Shown piece by piece: positions 39,059 to 51,800 of a stretch of 64,000 bases of DNA (positions within the stretch are counted from its first letter, which is position 1; the number at the start of each line of letters is the position of its first letter). Both the position numbers and the translations under genes were made by a program. The notes under the pieces are model-generated. The model did no database searches, had not been told where the DNA came from, and saw nothing but the letters and a program-made list of their open reading frames with translations. The stretch spans positions 14,076,001-14,140,000 of the forward strand of contig CM052832.1 in the NCBI GenBank assembly GCA_028534125.1. Reading direction: 5' to 3'. This stretch comes from Lama glama (taxonomy: Eukaryota).

Positions 39059-42000
39059 AGACGACGTGTGAGGGAAACTGGATGTCACATTGTCTGTGAC
39101 TTTGCCACATTCACGTGTGTGAGAGAAGCTTAGATGTCGTCTGTGTGTGACTGATCTGCAGGTAGAGGAGAGGGACTGTGAATGGCATTCTCAGTACGTG
39201 ACTATCTCTGCACGTGTGTGAGAGGGGCTGTGGGAGGACGTTCTCCGTGTGTGAGGGGCCATCCCACGGGAGGTGGTTATGAAAGAAACTGCTCAACCAA
39301 CAGTGTGAGCCCGTGGGACACTGGGTGGGATTCTGATGCTCCACATGTGTGAGGGACCCTGCGATTGTGTGATGCTGTGTGTGTCCAAAGCAGAATGAGT
39401 GGCATTCTCTGTGATGTATGATGCTAGGTGTGTGTGAACAGCAAATGAGATGACCACTGGTTTATAGAAACAGATAGTCTGTGTGACTATATGTGACATC
39501 ATGTATGAGAATAATAGTGACAGTTATGGTACATGTGTGCGTGTGTAAGGGAGAGACCATTGTGACACAGTGGACTATACCCAACACAGCACAGGAGTGC
39601 TGAGAAGCTGGAGTGTAAGCTGAGTGTGAAATCAAGTGTGTGGGTGAGACTGAGCACGAGAAAGAAACTCTGCACTGACTGGGCTGTTTGTGAGAGAAAC
39701 TGTGGGGTGTGACGGCAACTGGCTCTGTGGGTGGTCACCATCTGAGGTTGTTTGGGACAGTGTGGGTGACATCCTTCAGGACTGTGGCCTACATGGCATG
39801 GGATACCGTATGTGATGAGTTTGGGGGCTTGTGACCCCTGCATGCATGTGGCGTCCATGTGGAGGACCGAAAAAAAGAAAACTATTAAAAACAAAGAAGG
39901 AATGTACTGCTGAACTGTGCACTTAAAAATGGTTAAAATGGTAAAATTTTTATTATGTATATTTTATCACAATTTTAAAATTTTTTTAAAACCAGAAGGG
40001 AGAGAGATGCAGGTGACAGAATGTGTGAGAGAGAGAGGAGGGACCAAGGGAAATCCTGTGCGTTCATAGGCAACACTGACTCCCATGAGAGGTAGCAGCC
40101 CAGTGGGTGACCCAGAGCCCAAGGGGCCAGGGCACAGGCAGGCTGAGGCAGGGCCCCCTAACACACCCATTGATAAGTGTGAAATCCAGTTTTCCAAGTG
40201 ACCCAGTGGCTGCATCCCTGCCCGCTTCAGTCTGGGTACCTGGCCTTCACCACAGTGGGACAAGATGAGGAGATAGGATAGAGTCTCAGAGTTGGGGTAC
40301 AGGAAGGTCTAGGAACTGGGCCCCTTCTCTCTGCAGGAGGTTTGAGAGCTCTGATTCTCTGCCCTCCCTCCTATACTACTGAGGGGGTGGTGACAGTGAG
40401 GATGAGCGGTAGAGAAGGAGGCCTGGGGGCCTACCTCGCCCCCCTCTGCTCCCTGAGAAGCCTGTGCCCCAGTAGTGGGGGGGTGCAGAGAGGCTTGATT
40501 CCCAAATTGTAAGCACATTAATAAGCGGGGGAGAGGAGGGGAGCTCCCCCACCTCCCTCCTAGTGGGCTTTGCAAATTGCTTCCTCCTGTAAAAATCTCG
40601 ACCCTGCTCCACGGAAGAGGGTACTCCCTACCCAGGCTGGCAGGGTGTGGCCATTTGGCAGGGTCTCCCTCCAGGGTCCTTGGGCTGGAGGTGGGGGAGG
40701 CAGGCACCATCCCCATCCCACCCGTCCTGCTCTCCCGCTCTCCCGTCCCAACCAGAGCGCCGCCACTTCTAGGGTGGGAGCCTCTGGCAGCTGGAGAACA
40801 GCTGGCCCCGCTGTGGGGGTGGGTGGGGAGGAAGGAGGGAAAGGCAGGGGGGCGGGAAGGCTCCCTTAGCCCTTAACTGCTCTCCGCATCCTCAACCCCC
40901 TGGCTGGTCAGCCCAGCCCAGGTTTGGGGGCAGGGCATTCAGGACGGAAACTGCTGATTTCACTAATCTTCCCACATTTTGAGCGATGTTCTCACTGCAC
41001 ACTGCAAGAGTGGACAGCTGCTGCCACTAGACCCATGGTCACCCGGCTCAGTTTGTCCTCCCACTGGGCCTGGTGCAGGGGGAGAGGAGGAGGGGTCGCG
41101 GACACCTGCCTTGCCTTGTGCCTTGTCAGAATCCCCCACCAGGCAGCCGCTTTGGGGAAGCCAGGGTTCAGTCCTTTCCCTCTCCTCCCCACCCCCCACC
41201 TTGAAAAGAAAGAAGGCTGAATGGTCCAGAGGCTGCGGGGGCCATGGGGGTGGAGGTCAGGGGCCTCTGCAGCCTGGGCTCCGGCCTCCTTCCCTGGAGC
41301 TGTCCGGCCAGTTATTCCAGCAGGTCTGGCCCCAGGGAGGGGAGTGGGCAGCAAGGTGCCCCTTATCTCCCTTCGGGCCCCAAAGCCTGCTCACCCAGAC
41401 TCCTAGCTCCCACCCCACCACCACCCAGAGGCACCTTCTGACCTGGGAAGGCCCTGGAAGAGGGGAAGCGGGTGTGGCTGGTCAAATAGAGGGTAAAGGC
41501 AGAGAGAGACCACAGGAGGTCTGCTGGCTGTCGTAATCACAGGGAAGTGGGCAGGCCTCAGAGAGGTGGGGAGCAGATGGGACAGGAATGGAGATGTCCT
41601 GGATGTGTCCCTGTTGTGGCCAACAGCCCCCAGTGGTGGCTCCCTGGTCACTCCCTCCCCTCTAGGTCTGCCCTGGCCCTGGATCTTTTTGTCCTTGGTT
41701 CACACATGCAAGCGCACTTGCTCTCCCTGTGTCCCTGTCTCTCTGTCTCTCTCCCTGTTTCTCTTCTGTCTCTCTCTCTTCCCCACCCCCGACTCTTGAT
41801 CCTCCTTCTGTTTTTTCCCTCCCTCCCTGCCTGACTGTATCTCGATTTATTATCTTTCCCCTTCTGCCCCTTTACCAAACCCTTCAGCTGTGTGTCTCCA
41901 TCTCTCTCCATCTCGACCTGCCTTTCTGTCTTTCTGCATCTCTGTGGGTCATAGTCACTCTCTCCCTCTGCCCTCTCTGCCCCACTGTCTGTCGATCCGA

Positions 42001-43062
42001 CTCTCTCCAGCACTCTACCTGTTCCAACTGTCTGTCTCTCTGAATCTCACTCCAAGGTTTCCTCTCTAGGTCTCTCTCTCTCTCTCTCTTTTTTTTTTTT
42101 TGTCTCTCACTCTGTGATTCTCCAGTCTCTGTTGTCTGTTTTCTTGCCTATCTCCCCTACTCTTCACCCACCCCAGACTCTGCCCACACCTGTCCCCCTT
42201 CCTCTCCTGTCAGTCTGAAGCTCCACCCCCTTTGCCCCTCCCTTGGGTCTTTCTCCCCCTTCTCCCACCCATCATGGTGGCACAGCCCAGCAATGCAGAG
42301 GTCCTAGACACCTGGGCCAGCATCAACAAGCATCTAGGGTGCTCTCACCCTCCCAACCCTTCTCCGTAAAGGGCAGATAAGATCCTGAGCTGGGCTGGGG
42401 CCCTCTCACCCCGGGCAGCCCCCTCCATCACGCCCACATTTGCCTCAGTCCAGCCCTGCAGCTGTCTGAGAAGCCCGGAGCCTCCTCCCTCCCCCTAGGT
42501 TGGGTCCCAGTGGTTTGGGTTCTAAGGAGAGGAGGGCTCACACAGGAGTGTGTCCTCATCCTGTGGCAGTAACTCTGGAAAGACCAGAGCAGCCAGTTCA
42601 GACTCACCAAGCTGACCCCTCCTGAGTGAAGCGGGAGGACGGAAATCCCAGTGCAGCCCCCAGCCTGGCACAGCTGCCTGCCTGCCATTGCCCACAGGTG
42701 TGCCTCGGCCTCGGGGTACTAGTATTCTCACTGGAGTGTCCGCCTGGGCACCCACACAGCATACCTGCACACATGTGCTCCTGTGCGTGGCTGTGTGGGG
42801 TGGGGGTCACCTGCGGGTCCCTGTGTTGGTGCGTCTGCCCACAGGGGTGTTCCTAGAAAGTGAGTCTTGCATGTGCCTGTGAGCCAGCAGAAGGGACAAG
42901 GGACAGAAGGGATGGAAGGGACGGTGGTCCTGCTTCTCTCCTTGACTTGTCCTTGCGGCCGCCCCCTGGGCTCCCCTCCCCCTCACCAGCTGCCAGCGGC
43001 CGGCCAGGGGCCGCTGCCCCGCCCCCCCAGTCTGTCCCAGCTCCCAAGCACTGCTGTGTTCG

Positions 43063-43112
43063 CCATATTTGGCCACAGTGCTCCTGCGGGGGGCGGGGCG
43101 GGGCTGACATCA
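43063..43112 (+). promoter_or_regulatory. Intronic element: CArG box, GC boxes, CRE/AP-1-like site
   Basis: CCATATTTGG at 43063-43072, ggggcggggcgggg near 43090-43103, TGACATCA at 43105-43112. Confidence 0.55.
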
Positions 43113-45284
43113 CCCCAAGAAGGGGGGGCCACTGCCTGGATGAGGGGAGGCGGGCAGAGACTTGGGGGAGGCAGGAAAGTTGCTCTGAAAAGTCTGGGGC
43201 TGCCAGGGCCCCCCATGTGCCGGGCTCTTGCTGCTCTGAGGGAGGCCTCGGGAAAGGCTTTGAGGGGAAATGGGTTGAGGACTCCATCAGGAGGGGTCTT
43301 AGCTCATTGTAGCCCCTCTTCTGCCTCCCCTCTGGCAGTGTCAGACCTAGGGGGAGGCCCTGCATCCCAACTACCTCAATGTGGAAGCCATTGGGTCCCC
43401 CAGAGTCCCTGCCCCTGCTTTTATACAAGAAGTTGGCCTCAGGAATTGAGGAGGTGATGGGGATAGGGGTGAGTGGAGGAGTGCAGTCCCTCCGACTGGT
43501 CAGGGGCATGGCTTCCTCTCTCCCTGGCTGCCCTCTGGTGTGGTGGTCTCGGAAGCCTCACAGTGGGCTACAGCAGTGTGGGGTCCTTGGAGCTGCCACA
43601 GCCACTTGGACTGAGGGGAACCCCCTGCTCTGGACCCCAGTGGGCTGACTCAGGGCGGTTGCAGTGACAGCCTCCTTTCTCAATACAGGTGGTGGGTCTT
43701 CTGACTTTGGTTAAGAGACTGAAGCTAATTGCCTGGGTTCAGAACTCGGTTCTAGCACTTACTAGCTGTGAATCCTTAGGCAAGTTGCTTAACCTCTCTG
43801 TTCCTTCTATGAAGTAGAAATAATAATAGTATTTACCTCATAGGTTATTGTGAGGATTAAATGAGTCAATGTGTGTAAAATCCCAGAATAGTTCCATCCA
43901 CATGGCAGTTACTGTCATTCGTAGTAAAACTCTATATCCATCTGACATCCAGGCCCCCAGGCCCTCCCCACCCTGTGCCACTAGCAACCCCTTTCAAGCC
44001 TTCCAAAGCAAATAGGTGACCCCCGCAGGGTGGACCCCCACCCATTCGGCAGGACCTGGAATTCATGTCTGAGGGGAAGGAAGTCTTTTCCCTGGCTTCT
44101 GAGGGGGTCCCCCACTCTCCACCCTGTTCCCTTCTTTCCGTGTAGCCCAGAGCAAAGTCCCACCTAGCCACCTGGGGCTCTGCAGCTCCCAGGACCCTGA
44201 TACACATGGGTATGCGGTTCTGAGGCTGAAGGGGGTCGGGGGTGAGCCTTAGGGTTGTGTTTGTTGGGGGACACCAGCTGGGTGTGGTCTGCATTAATAA
44301 TCCAGCCTGGCGTGTGCAGGGAACTCAGACTTTACAGAGCTGTGGCCCATCCACGATGTGGGCCAAGGCAGAGGTGGGCGTGTGGGTGGTTTATGGGCTG
44401 CTGTTGGGCCAGGAGGTGCGGGAACAAGAAATAACATGGAGGAGTGGGTGGGGTTGAGCAAGGCTGTTGACCAGGCACCTTCTCAGCTGCTCCTTTACCA
44501 GCCAGCATTGCTCCCTTCTTGAGATTCCTGGAGAGTTCCTGCCCCACGTTTAGTAGGTTCCTTGGCAAGGTTCTTGTGAGTCATCTTTTGGGGAAGGCAA
44601 AATTGTGCCCTTCCTGGGTCTGGGACCCTTCTCACCCCACAGCCAGTTGGTCCTCAGCAGGGTTACACTGATGCTGGAGGGAGGAGGGGTCCCTGGTTGG
44701 GAATCCTGATGACAAGCAGGAGGCACTCCTCTGAGAGCTGCAGAAATGCTGGGCCCTGCCTGTCATGTTCCTCCTTTCTGCTCATCATGGTGCAGCTGCA
44801 TGGCCTTGTGAGCCTCTGTTTTCCTCATCTGAATAATGGGCACCATTCTTTGTCTCTGCCTTAGTTTTGAGGATTGCATGAGCATGAAAATGCTTTTTCC
44901 CCACAGAAGTGCTGTGCAGGTATAAGGCATTGTTATTGTTGCTATTGCTCACCACCAGTACTGTCTTGAGTGTGATGAGCCACACACTGTGGTGGCACTT
45001 TGTTTTGATCTCATTAAATTTTAACCCCTACAACCTCACGGAAACCCTTCCTTCGATTTACAAACCGAGACTCAGAAAGGTGAAGTAGCTCATCCAAGGT
45101 CACAACAGCACTGACTAAACATAATCTCTGGTTGCCTCCACCCAACCCTGGAGCACAAGCCCTCTGGGGTGGGTGATTGCTGTGGTCTGGGTGGACCCTG
45201 GCCCTAACCCATCTGCATCTGCCCTCCACTCCAGGCTCAGGCTGCCCAGTGGGCTCAGGCCCAGAGCCCAGAGCAACCAGCACA

Positions 45285-45486
45285 ATAGCGTCCAACAGCT
45301 GGAATGCCAGCAACAGCCCCGGGGAGGCCCGGGAGGATGGGCCCGAGGGCCTGGACAAGGGGCTGGACAACGATGCGGAGGGTGTTTGGAGCCCGGACAT
45401 CGAGCAGAGCTTCCAGGAGGCCCTGGCCATCTACCCACCCTGCGGCCGCCGCAAGATCATCCTGTCAGATGAGGGCAAGATGTACG
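45285..45486 (+). CDS. TEAD3: TEAD3 exon 2 coding part (exon starts 45235)
   Basis: [43 protein letters not shown]...EGKMY |gtgcgt. Confidence 0.94.
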
Positions 45487-48400
45487 GTGCGTGTGGGGAG
45501 GCACAGGGACCCGGACTGGACTTGGGAGGAGGCCTGGCCCTCTCCGGCCCCTCCCCCTGCTCTCTGCCCCCTCACCCAACCGGTTTGGCGAAGTCCTGTG
45601 AGGCCGCCAGCCCTCCTCGCGCGGGGCGAGTCTGGGCGTGCAAGCCTGTGTGTCTGGATCCTCCTCATAAACAGGCCTGGCTTACCCCCTCCACCAGCAC
45701 GCAGCCACACGACACCCCGACTGCTCCTCCTCTCCTCGCCCCTGCTGGCCTGAGGTTTCAGGGTGACTCAGTGGGCCCAGGAAACTGGGTCAGTCCAGTG
45801 CACTCTAGGCTGAGCCTGGGAGAGGGTCCCTCTCCTGGAGGATGTGGTGTGAGGCCTGGGATGGGAGTCCCAGCACAGAGCAGGGTTTCCCACTGGCGAG
45901 TTCCCTCCAGTGTCTGGGGGCAGGGCGGGGCTGCAGGTGGTGGGAGGCCCACACTGTGATGGGCCTGCGCTGGGAAGGGGGCTGGAAAGATGAGGGGACG
46001 CCACTCCTCAAGCCCCCTTCCCAAGTCTCTTGCTCTCCTGGCCCCTCTTTGCCACCTTGCCACCTCCTGCCTCCAGAAAGGAGTGTCCTCCTCTGGTCCA
46101 GCCCTGAGCGGGCTCTCCCAGGGCTGCATTTTTGGGATAACTCAGCCCTTCTGGACTTGGCTTCTTGCCAGCTCCCTCCAACCCTCCCTGACAGCCTATG
46201 GCTGAGTGAGGCAAGCCCTCAGCCTGTCCCCTTCCACTGTCCATCCATTACGGAGGCAATGGCTGGGTGCAGGAGGGAGACAGCTGGTAAGGCTGCCCCA
46301 TGTCCCTGGCCCCCACTCACTGTGCCACACCCACCCCAGCACCAGAGCCCCACTTGCAGGGCAGGCAGATGTTCCAGGGTGCCTTCCACAGGGCAGGGGC
46401 CGCCTGCCCCCACTGCTACCTCCCAGATGGCTGGGGCAGCCCCACAGGGTATTTTTAGACAGGGCGGAGGGAGAGGGGTGGAGAGGGGCAGGGAGGAAGG
46501 GAGGAGCAGTGGGGCTGGTTCTGTCATGGAAGAGGAATTTGGAGAATGTGGTGTTCTTGGGAGGCTACAGGGTTGGGGGGCAGGGGGCCTGAATTTGGGG
46601 ATGAGAGGTGTACACCCTGAGGATGCTGACACAGGCATCACCATGTGTCCCAAGCATCCCCTTTACGGGGCCAGCTTCTGGGTCCCTGGTGCTGAGCAGA
46701 GCCCACCACCCCCAGGCTGACAGTCTGGGCTCTCTCTCATAGGGTGGGAGAGATACTGGTAACCAGTGACATGGAGGTGACAGGCTCAGGGACACAGTGA
46801 TACATCCTGACACAGGCTGTCAGTGTAGGAGGCATGTTGGAGACCATTTCCTGTTTCCCCAGAGAAGGGAAGGGACTTGTCCATGGTCTCCCTGTGGCAA
46901 GGCCAGCTGGACTGGAATCCAGTCCAGAACGCTCACAGACACACACAAGGACGTGTGCCGAGACTTCTCTCTCCTGAGGCAGGCCTCGCACACACACGAA
47001 CCCTTACACTAAGAGGTTTGGAGCTGGTGATGGTGCAGGGAGGAAGGCAGCACCACCAGGGGCTAGGGGTGAGGGGCCCAGCTGTCCTGCCACCCTCCAG
47101 CCACAACTGCCCCTGTCTGTCTTGCCCAGAAACCTGTCAGGCCACCTGACACTGTTCCACCCTCCCTCCTCCTGCTGTACTGCCCCTCTCCCAACATGCA
47201 ACCCCCACTACCCTCCCAGGTCCTGGAGTCGCCATCCACCACCACCCTTCACTGGCCCTGCCTGTGCCCCTGGGCAGGTTGGGGTGAAGAGAAGGGAGAG
47301 GGAACAGACGAGCAATGTTTGGGGGAGGGGCCTGGTGTGATCTCCAGCTGGTGTGGGAGGGGGTCTCTAGCCACCAGCTCCCCTCTTTGCCCACTCCCCA
47401 GTTTTTTCTCTCACCCGAATCTAGGTCGAAATGAGTTGATCGCACGCTATATTAAATTGAGGACAGGGAAGACTCGGACGAGAAAACAGGTAAGAGATGA
47501 TTTATGCTGCAGCCCCCTCTCTCAGTCCGCTCCCCTCCTCTCCAAGGTGACTTTACACTCCCCCAAGCTGCCCCATCACTCTTCCCACTGTCTTAGAGAA
47601 AGAGGCACTGTTCCCTCTGACCACTCCTACCCCTGCTCACCCCCCAGGCCTTTGGTTCAGTGACCACAGATAAGCCCCACTGGGCAGCCCTGGCAGTGCA
47701 ACTGTGTGGTCATTTCCCTGAGTGGCCAGGGAAAGACAGGCAGTTGGACAGATGAGTGCAGAGCAGGGCTGCATGGCTGAGATAGGGTGTGTTCTCTCTG
47801 ACAAGCATCTAACCCAGACCAGGTAGGGGAAGGGAAGAGGGAGGGCTGGGAAGGCTTCCTGGGGGCAGTGACACTCACAATGGATTTTTAAGAAGGAATA
47901 GGATTTAGCCAAGCAGAAAAATGGAGAGGACTCCCCCAGGATTAGGAAGTTGGCTGTACAAATAATAATTGTGAACCCATACAAAGCCTACTTTAATTTA
48001 CTTAATCCTTGTAGCAACCTTCCAAAGTAGGTACAGTAATTATCTCCATTTTACAGGTGAGGAACTGAGGCACAGGGAAGTTAAGTAACTTCCTAAGGTC
48101 ACTCAGCTGGTAGGTGGCAGATATAGGATTCACCCCCACTGGGCAGGAAAGAGCCTTCATTTAGCAGCATGGTGCGTGGAGGGGTGGGAAAAGCCAAAGG
48201 CGGTGAGAAATTTGGCCTGAGGCCTGAGGGACAGGTTTCCCTAGGGGCAGCTGGGGGCCATGGAAGAGAATAGATCAGGGAGTGGCTGTGGCAGCTGTCA
48301 AGGAATGTTGGCCCTGGGGCACCCGAGGCAGTGGATCAGAGAGGGCCAGGTGGAGGTTGGAGGTCACAGTGGTGGGTGAGGGTAGTGGGGGTGGGGATGG

Positions 48401-51400
48401 AAGAAACTGGTGACTCCAGAGATGATTGGGTGGCTTTCAGTCCGGGGAGGAAACCTGAAGGGAGCCATTAGGGTGGGATGCAGTGCGTGTAGTTTCCCGG
48501 GGAGAGGCAGGCTGGAGGCAGGTACCTGGAGAAGGGAGGCCAGCTCTGGCCCTCAGCCCCCAAGCCTCCCTGTCTGGGTGGGGTTTGGACCTTGCACCCA
48601 CCGCCCCCAGATCCCCACTGTGCATATGACAGCCCTGACCTGTCCCACCCCACTGTCTCAAAGGAAGGTCCTGTGTCCACCCACCCAGTGTGGGAGCAGA
48701 AACGCTCCCTCATTGTTCAGGCCTCCCCCTGGGCCAGCTCATGTACAGCATTTATTCACTTAGCAAATTACTGAGCTACTACTATGTTCTAGGCTCTAGG
48801 GATACAGCAAGGAACCGGACAGACAAGGGCCCTGTTCCCTGGAGCCTGGGGCCATAGGAGGAATACTGACTGACCAGCCCCCAGGTTCAAATAGGGTTCA
48901 AATACCTACTCCACTGCCTGTGGGAAGAGGGTATCTCACCTCCCAGCTGCTGTTCCCCAGCCTTCAGTTAGCTCTTAAGTAGGACGGGGTGAACACTAGA
49001 AGAACTGGCCACTGCTCTTGCTACTGTCATTACTACTGTCGTCAACAGAAAGCCATCCCAGGCACAGGAGTAGGGCACTCTCTCAGCTTGTCCCGCTTCA
49101 CCCAAAAGATAGGTGTGGACAGGAACCTGTTTGTCAGGGGGAAGGGGCTGAGGGATCTTTGAGCGGGGACCAGGAAGGGTAGCAGAGCCTCTTAATTCTG
49201 GGTCAGCATTATACCTGCTTCTGGCCGGGTATCCTGAGAAGCCTGGCTGTACCATGGATGAGGTTTTACAAACCAGCTGATGGTGAGCTCAGGATTTTAA
49301 AAACCTCTGGCCTTCATCATTTTGCAAGGGTAGCACTCTAACTTTATTCTTTCTTAGAACTCTGATGTCTAATGTCTCCTTAAAGGGGGACCCATCCTCT
49401 GGTTGTGAGGACAAGGCATGTGTTTATGTGTCTCAGGAGCAACCAGCTGACATGCAAGGTTTTTTGATTGTTTTTGTTTTACTTTCGGTTAAGAAAGAAT
49501 CTCTTTTGGGGAGGGGTAGTTATGTTTATTTATTTATTATTGTTATTAATTTTTTTAATAGAGGTACCAGGGATTGAACCCAGGGCCTCGTGCATACTAA
49601 GCACTGCACTCTACCACAGATCTATAACCTCCCCGCTATTTCACTTTCGGTTAAAAAAATGCAGTTTTTGTTTTTTTACGGCTACATACCGAACTTAATA
49701 GCAAGAAAAATGCCTCCGTATTGAAAACACAGCTAAGTATTAGGATTGAGTCCCATGTGACTTTAGCTGTCACAGATTTGACCATTTGGAGATGGTCCTC
49801 TGGGCTAAGGGTCCAAAAGAGTCCTGATAGCACAGCTTGGTGGGGGCCAGGTGGGCTCTGGAGCCAGGCCACCTGGGTTCAGCTGTGTGACCTTGGAGAA
49901 ACTGCTTAACTTCTCCGTGCTTTGGTTTCATCATCTGTAAATTGGGAATAATATTAGTGCGGACTTCTTAGGGTTGCTGTAAAAGTCCAATGAGTTGGTA
50001 CACACAGAGTGTCAGGAACAATGGTAGATGTGCTCAGTAAACATCAGTTATTGTCCTGATGTGAGGTGATCAGGAATCTTGCTGGACGTCTGTCTGATTC
50101 CCATGCACCCTGAGGGCATGAGGAGCACCCACCTGGGCCCTAAGCAAGTATTACGGGTGTGCCCAGCACCCCATACCTCGTAACTTTTAGTCCATGATTG
50201 AAAAGAAAAAGAAACTGTTTCTTTGTGGAGATAAAAACAATCTGCAAAGAAAGCCAAGGCAGTTGCTGATAATCAAAGTGTGAAGCAGCTTGGAGGGTCC
50301 CTGTGTTCCCTCTGCCTGGTTTCATGGGGAAGGCTGACATTTTGGTTCTCTGAGGCTCAGGGTTAGATCCTTGACAATGTCAAGGGTCTGTGTGTAAGCC
50401 CATGGCGCACACATCCAGACCGTGACCAGCTCCGGTTTGCCAGGAGAGGGAGACATCAGGGAGGAGGAGCTGGAGAAGAAATGCAACTAAGAGCACCTAC
50501 TGCATACATATGTATAGTGTATACTGCCCTGTGCTAGTCCGAAGAGAAGGAAGCTGCTTGAGCAAAGCAAGAGTCAGACCAGGCCTAGGTTCATGGGCCA
50601 GCCCGCTGGACCTGGGCAGGAGGGGACACAAGGGAGATCGTTCATAAAGGCTGTGACCTTGCTGTGTCTCTGGTAGCTGGCAGGAGCACGATGGCCTTTG
50701 CTAGCTGCTGTGATGCCAATTAGGAGAAAAATAGTCTCCTGTGAGTTTACCAGTGAGAAAAAGTCACCCCTTTTTGGAAAAATATAGATGCTTTTCCTCT
50801 GTATTTTTTTTAACCTGTCATCTTTTATTGGGTGTTCATTCTCAAATAGGATATGAAAGGGTTCAGGGGTGTCAGGCAAAGGTCATGGTCAGGAACACAG
50901 AGTGTGCCCTCCACACTGGGCCCTCTTTAGTGGTACTTGCTCAGTTTGAACTCCTTGTAAGAACAGCGGTTGAAAAACATGTAGGCTGCCAGCACCATGG
51001 AAAGCCCAGCGATCCCCCTTTCTTCACAGGGATGTACTTGTAACACTGGTACTAACCTCTTTGAAATGCTCCAGCAATGCCTTTAGGGGTGAAATCCCAC
51101 ATCATGTCCAGCGTGACAGCTCCCCTATTTGACATCTCATCTTCCTTCAGTGGTACGACTGATGCCACCTTGGATTCCCAGGTCTCTCTTCCTCCAGTTT
51201 AGATGCAGCCCTGTGTCAGGGCACATAGCTTGACCCAGAGCTTGGGCTGGATTTTAGCCCTCACTGGGCCAGGTGCTCTTATGCAGTAAACAACCTGGAC
51301 AACTGTACACGGTGGTACAGTGGTAGGCTCTTGATCAAAATAGGGCCAAGAAGAGAGCAGAATTGGCAGTGCCTAGGGGTTTCTGCCCACAGGGGCCCCA

Positions 51401-51763
51401 CAATTCCCCCCACTTACATTTGGCCCCACAAATGAGGGCTGGGATGCTCTTGGCCCATGGCTACCCCCAGGCTATGCCTCCTCACTATCTGTGTTTTCCT
51501 CTCTGGCCGGGCACGGGGCGGCCCCTAGGTGTCCAGCCACATACAGGTTCTAGCTCGGAAGAAGGTGCGGGAGTACCAGGTTGGCATCAAGGTATGTCGG
51601 GAGCCTGACTGGGGCCTCCAGCCCGTCCTTGGCCCCTCACCCACATCACCTCCACCACTGTCTACATAGCTCAGGCCTCTGCCTTGGCTGGCTGTCCAGC
51701 CCAACTGTGCCTCTTTTCTGGATGAAGCTCTGTTCTTGCCTCTTCCTCTGCTCTTTTTCTCTT

Positions 51764-51800
<37 letters not shown>

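Noticed and set aside
45842..46720. 292-aa ORF in TEAD3 intron 2
   Set aside because: GC-rich intron, non-ATG start, no domain or splice support.
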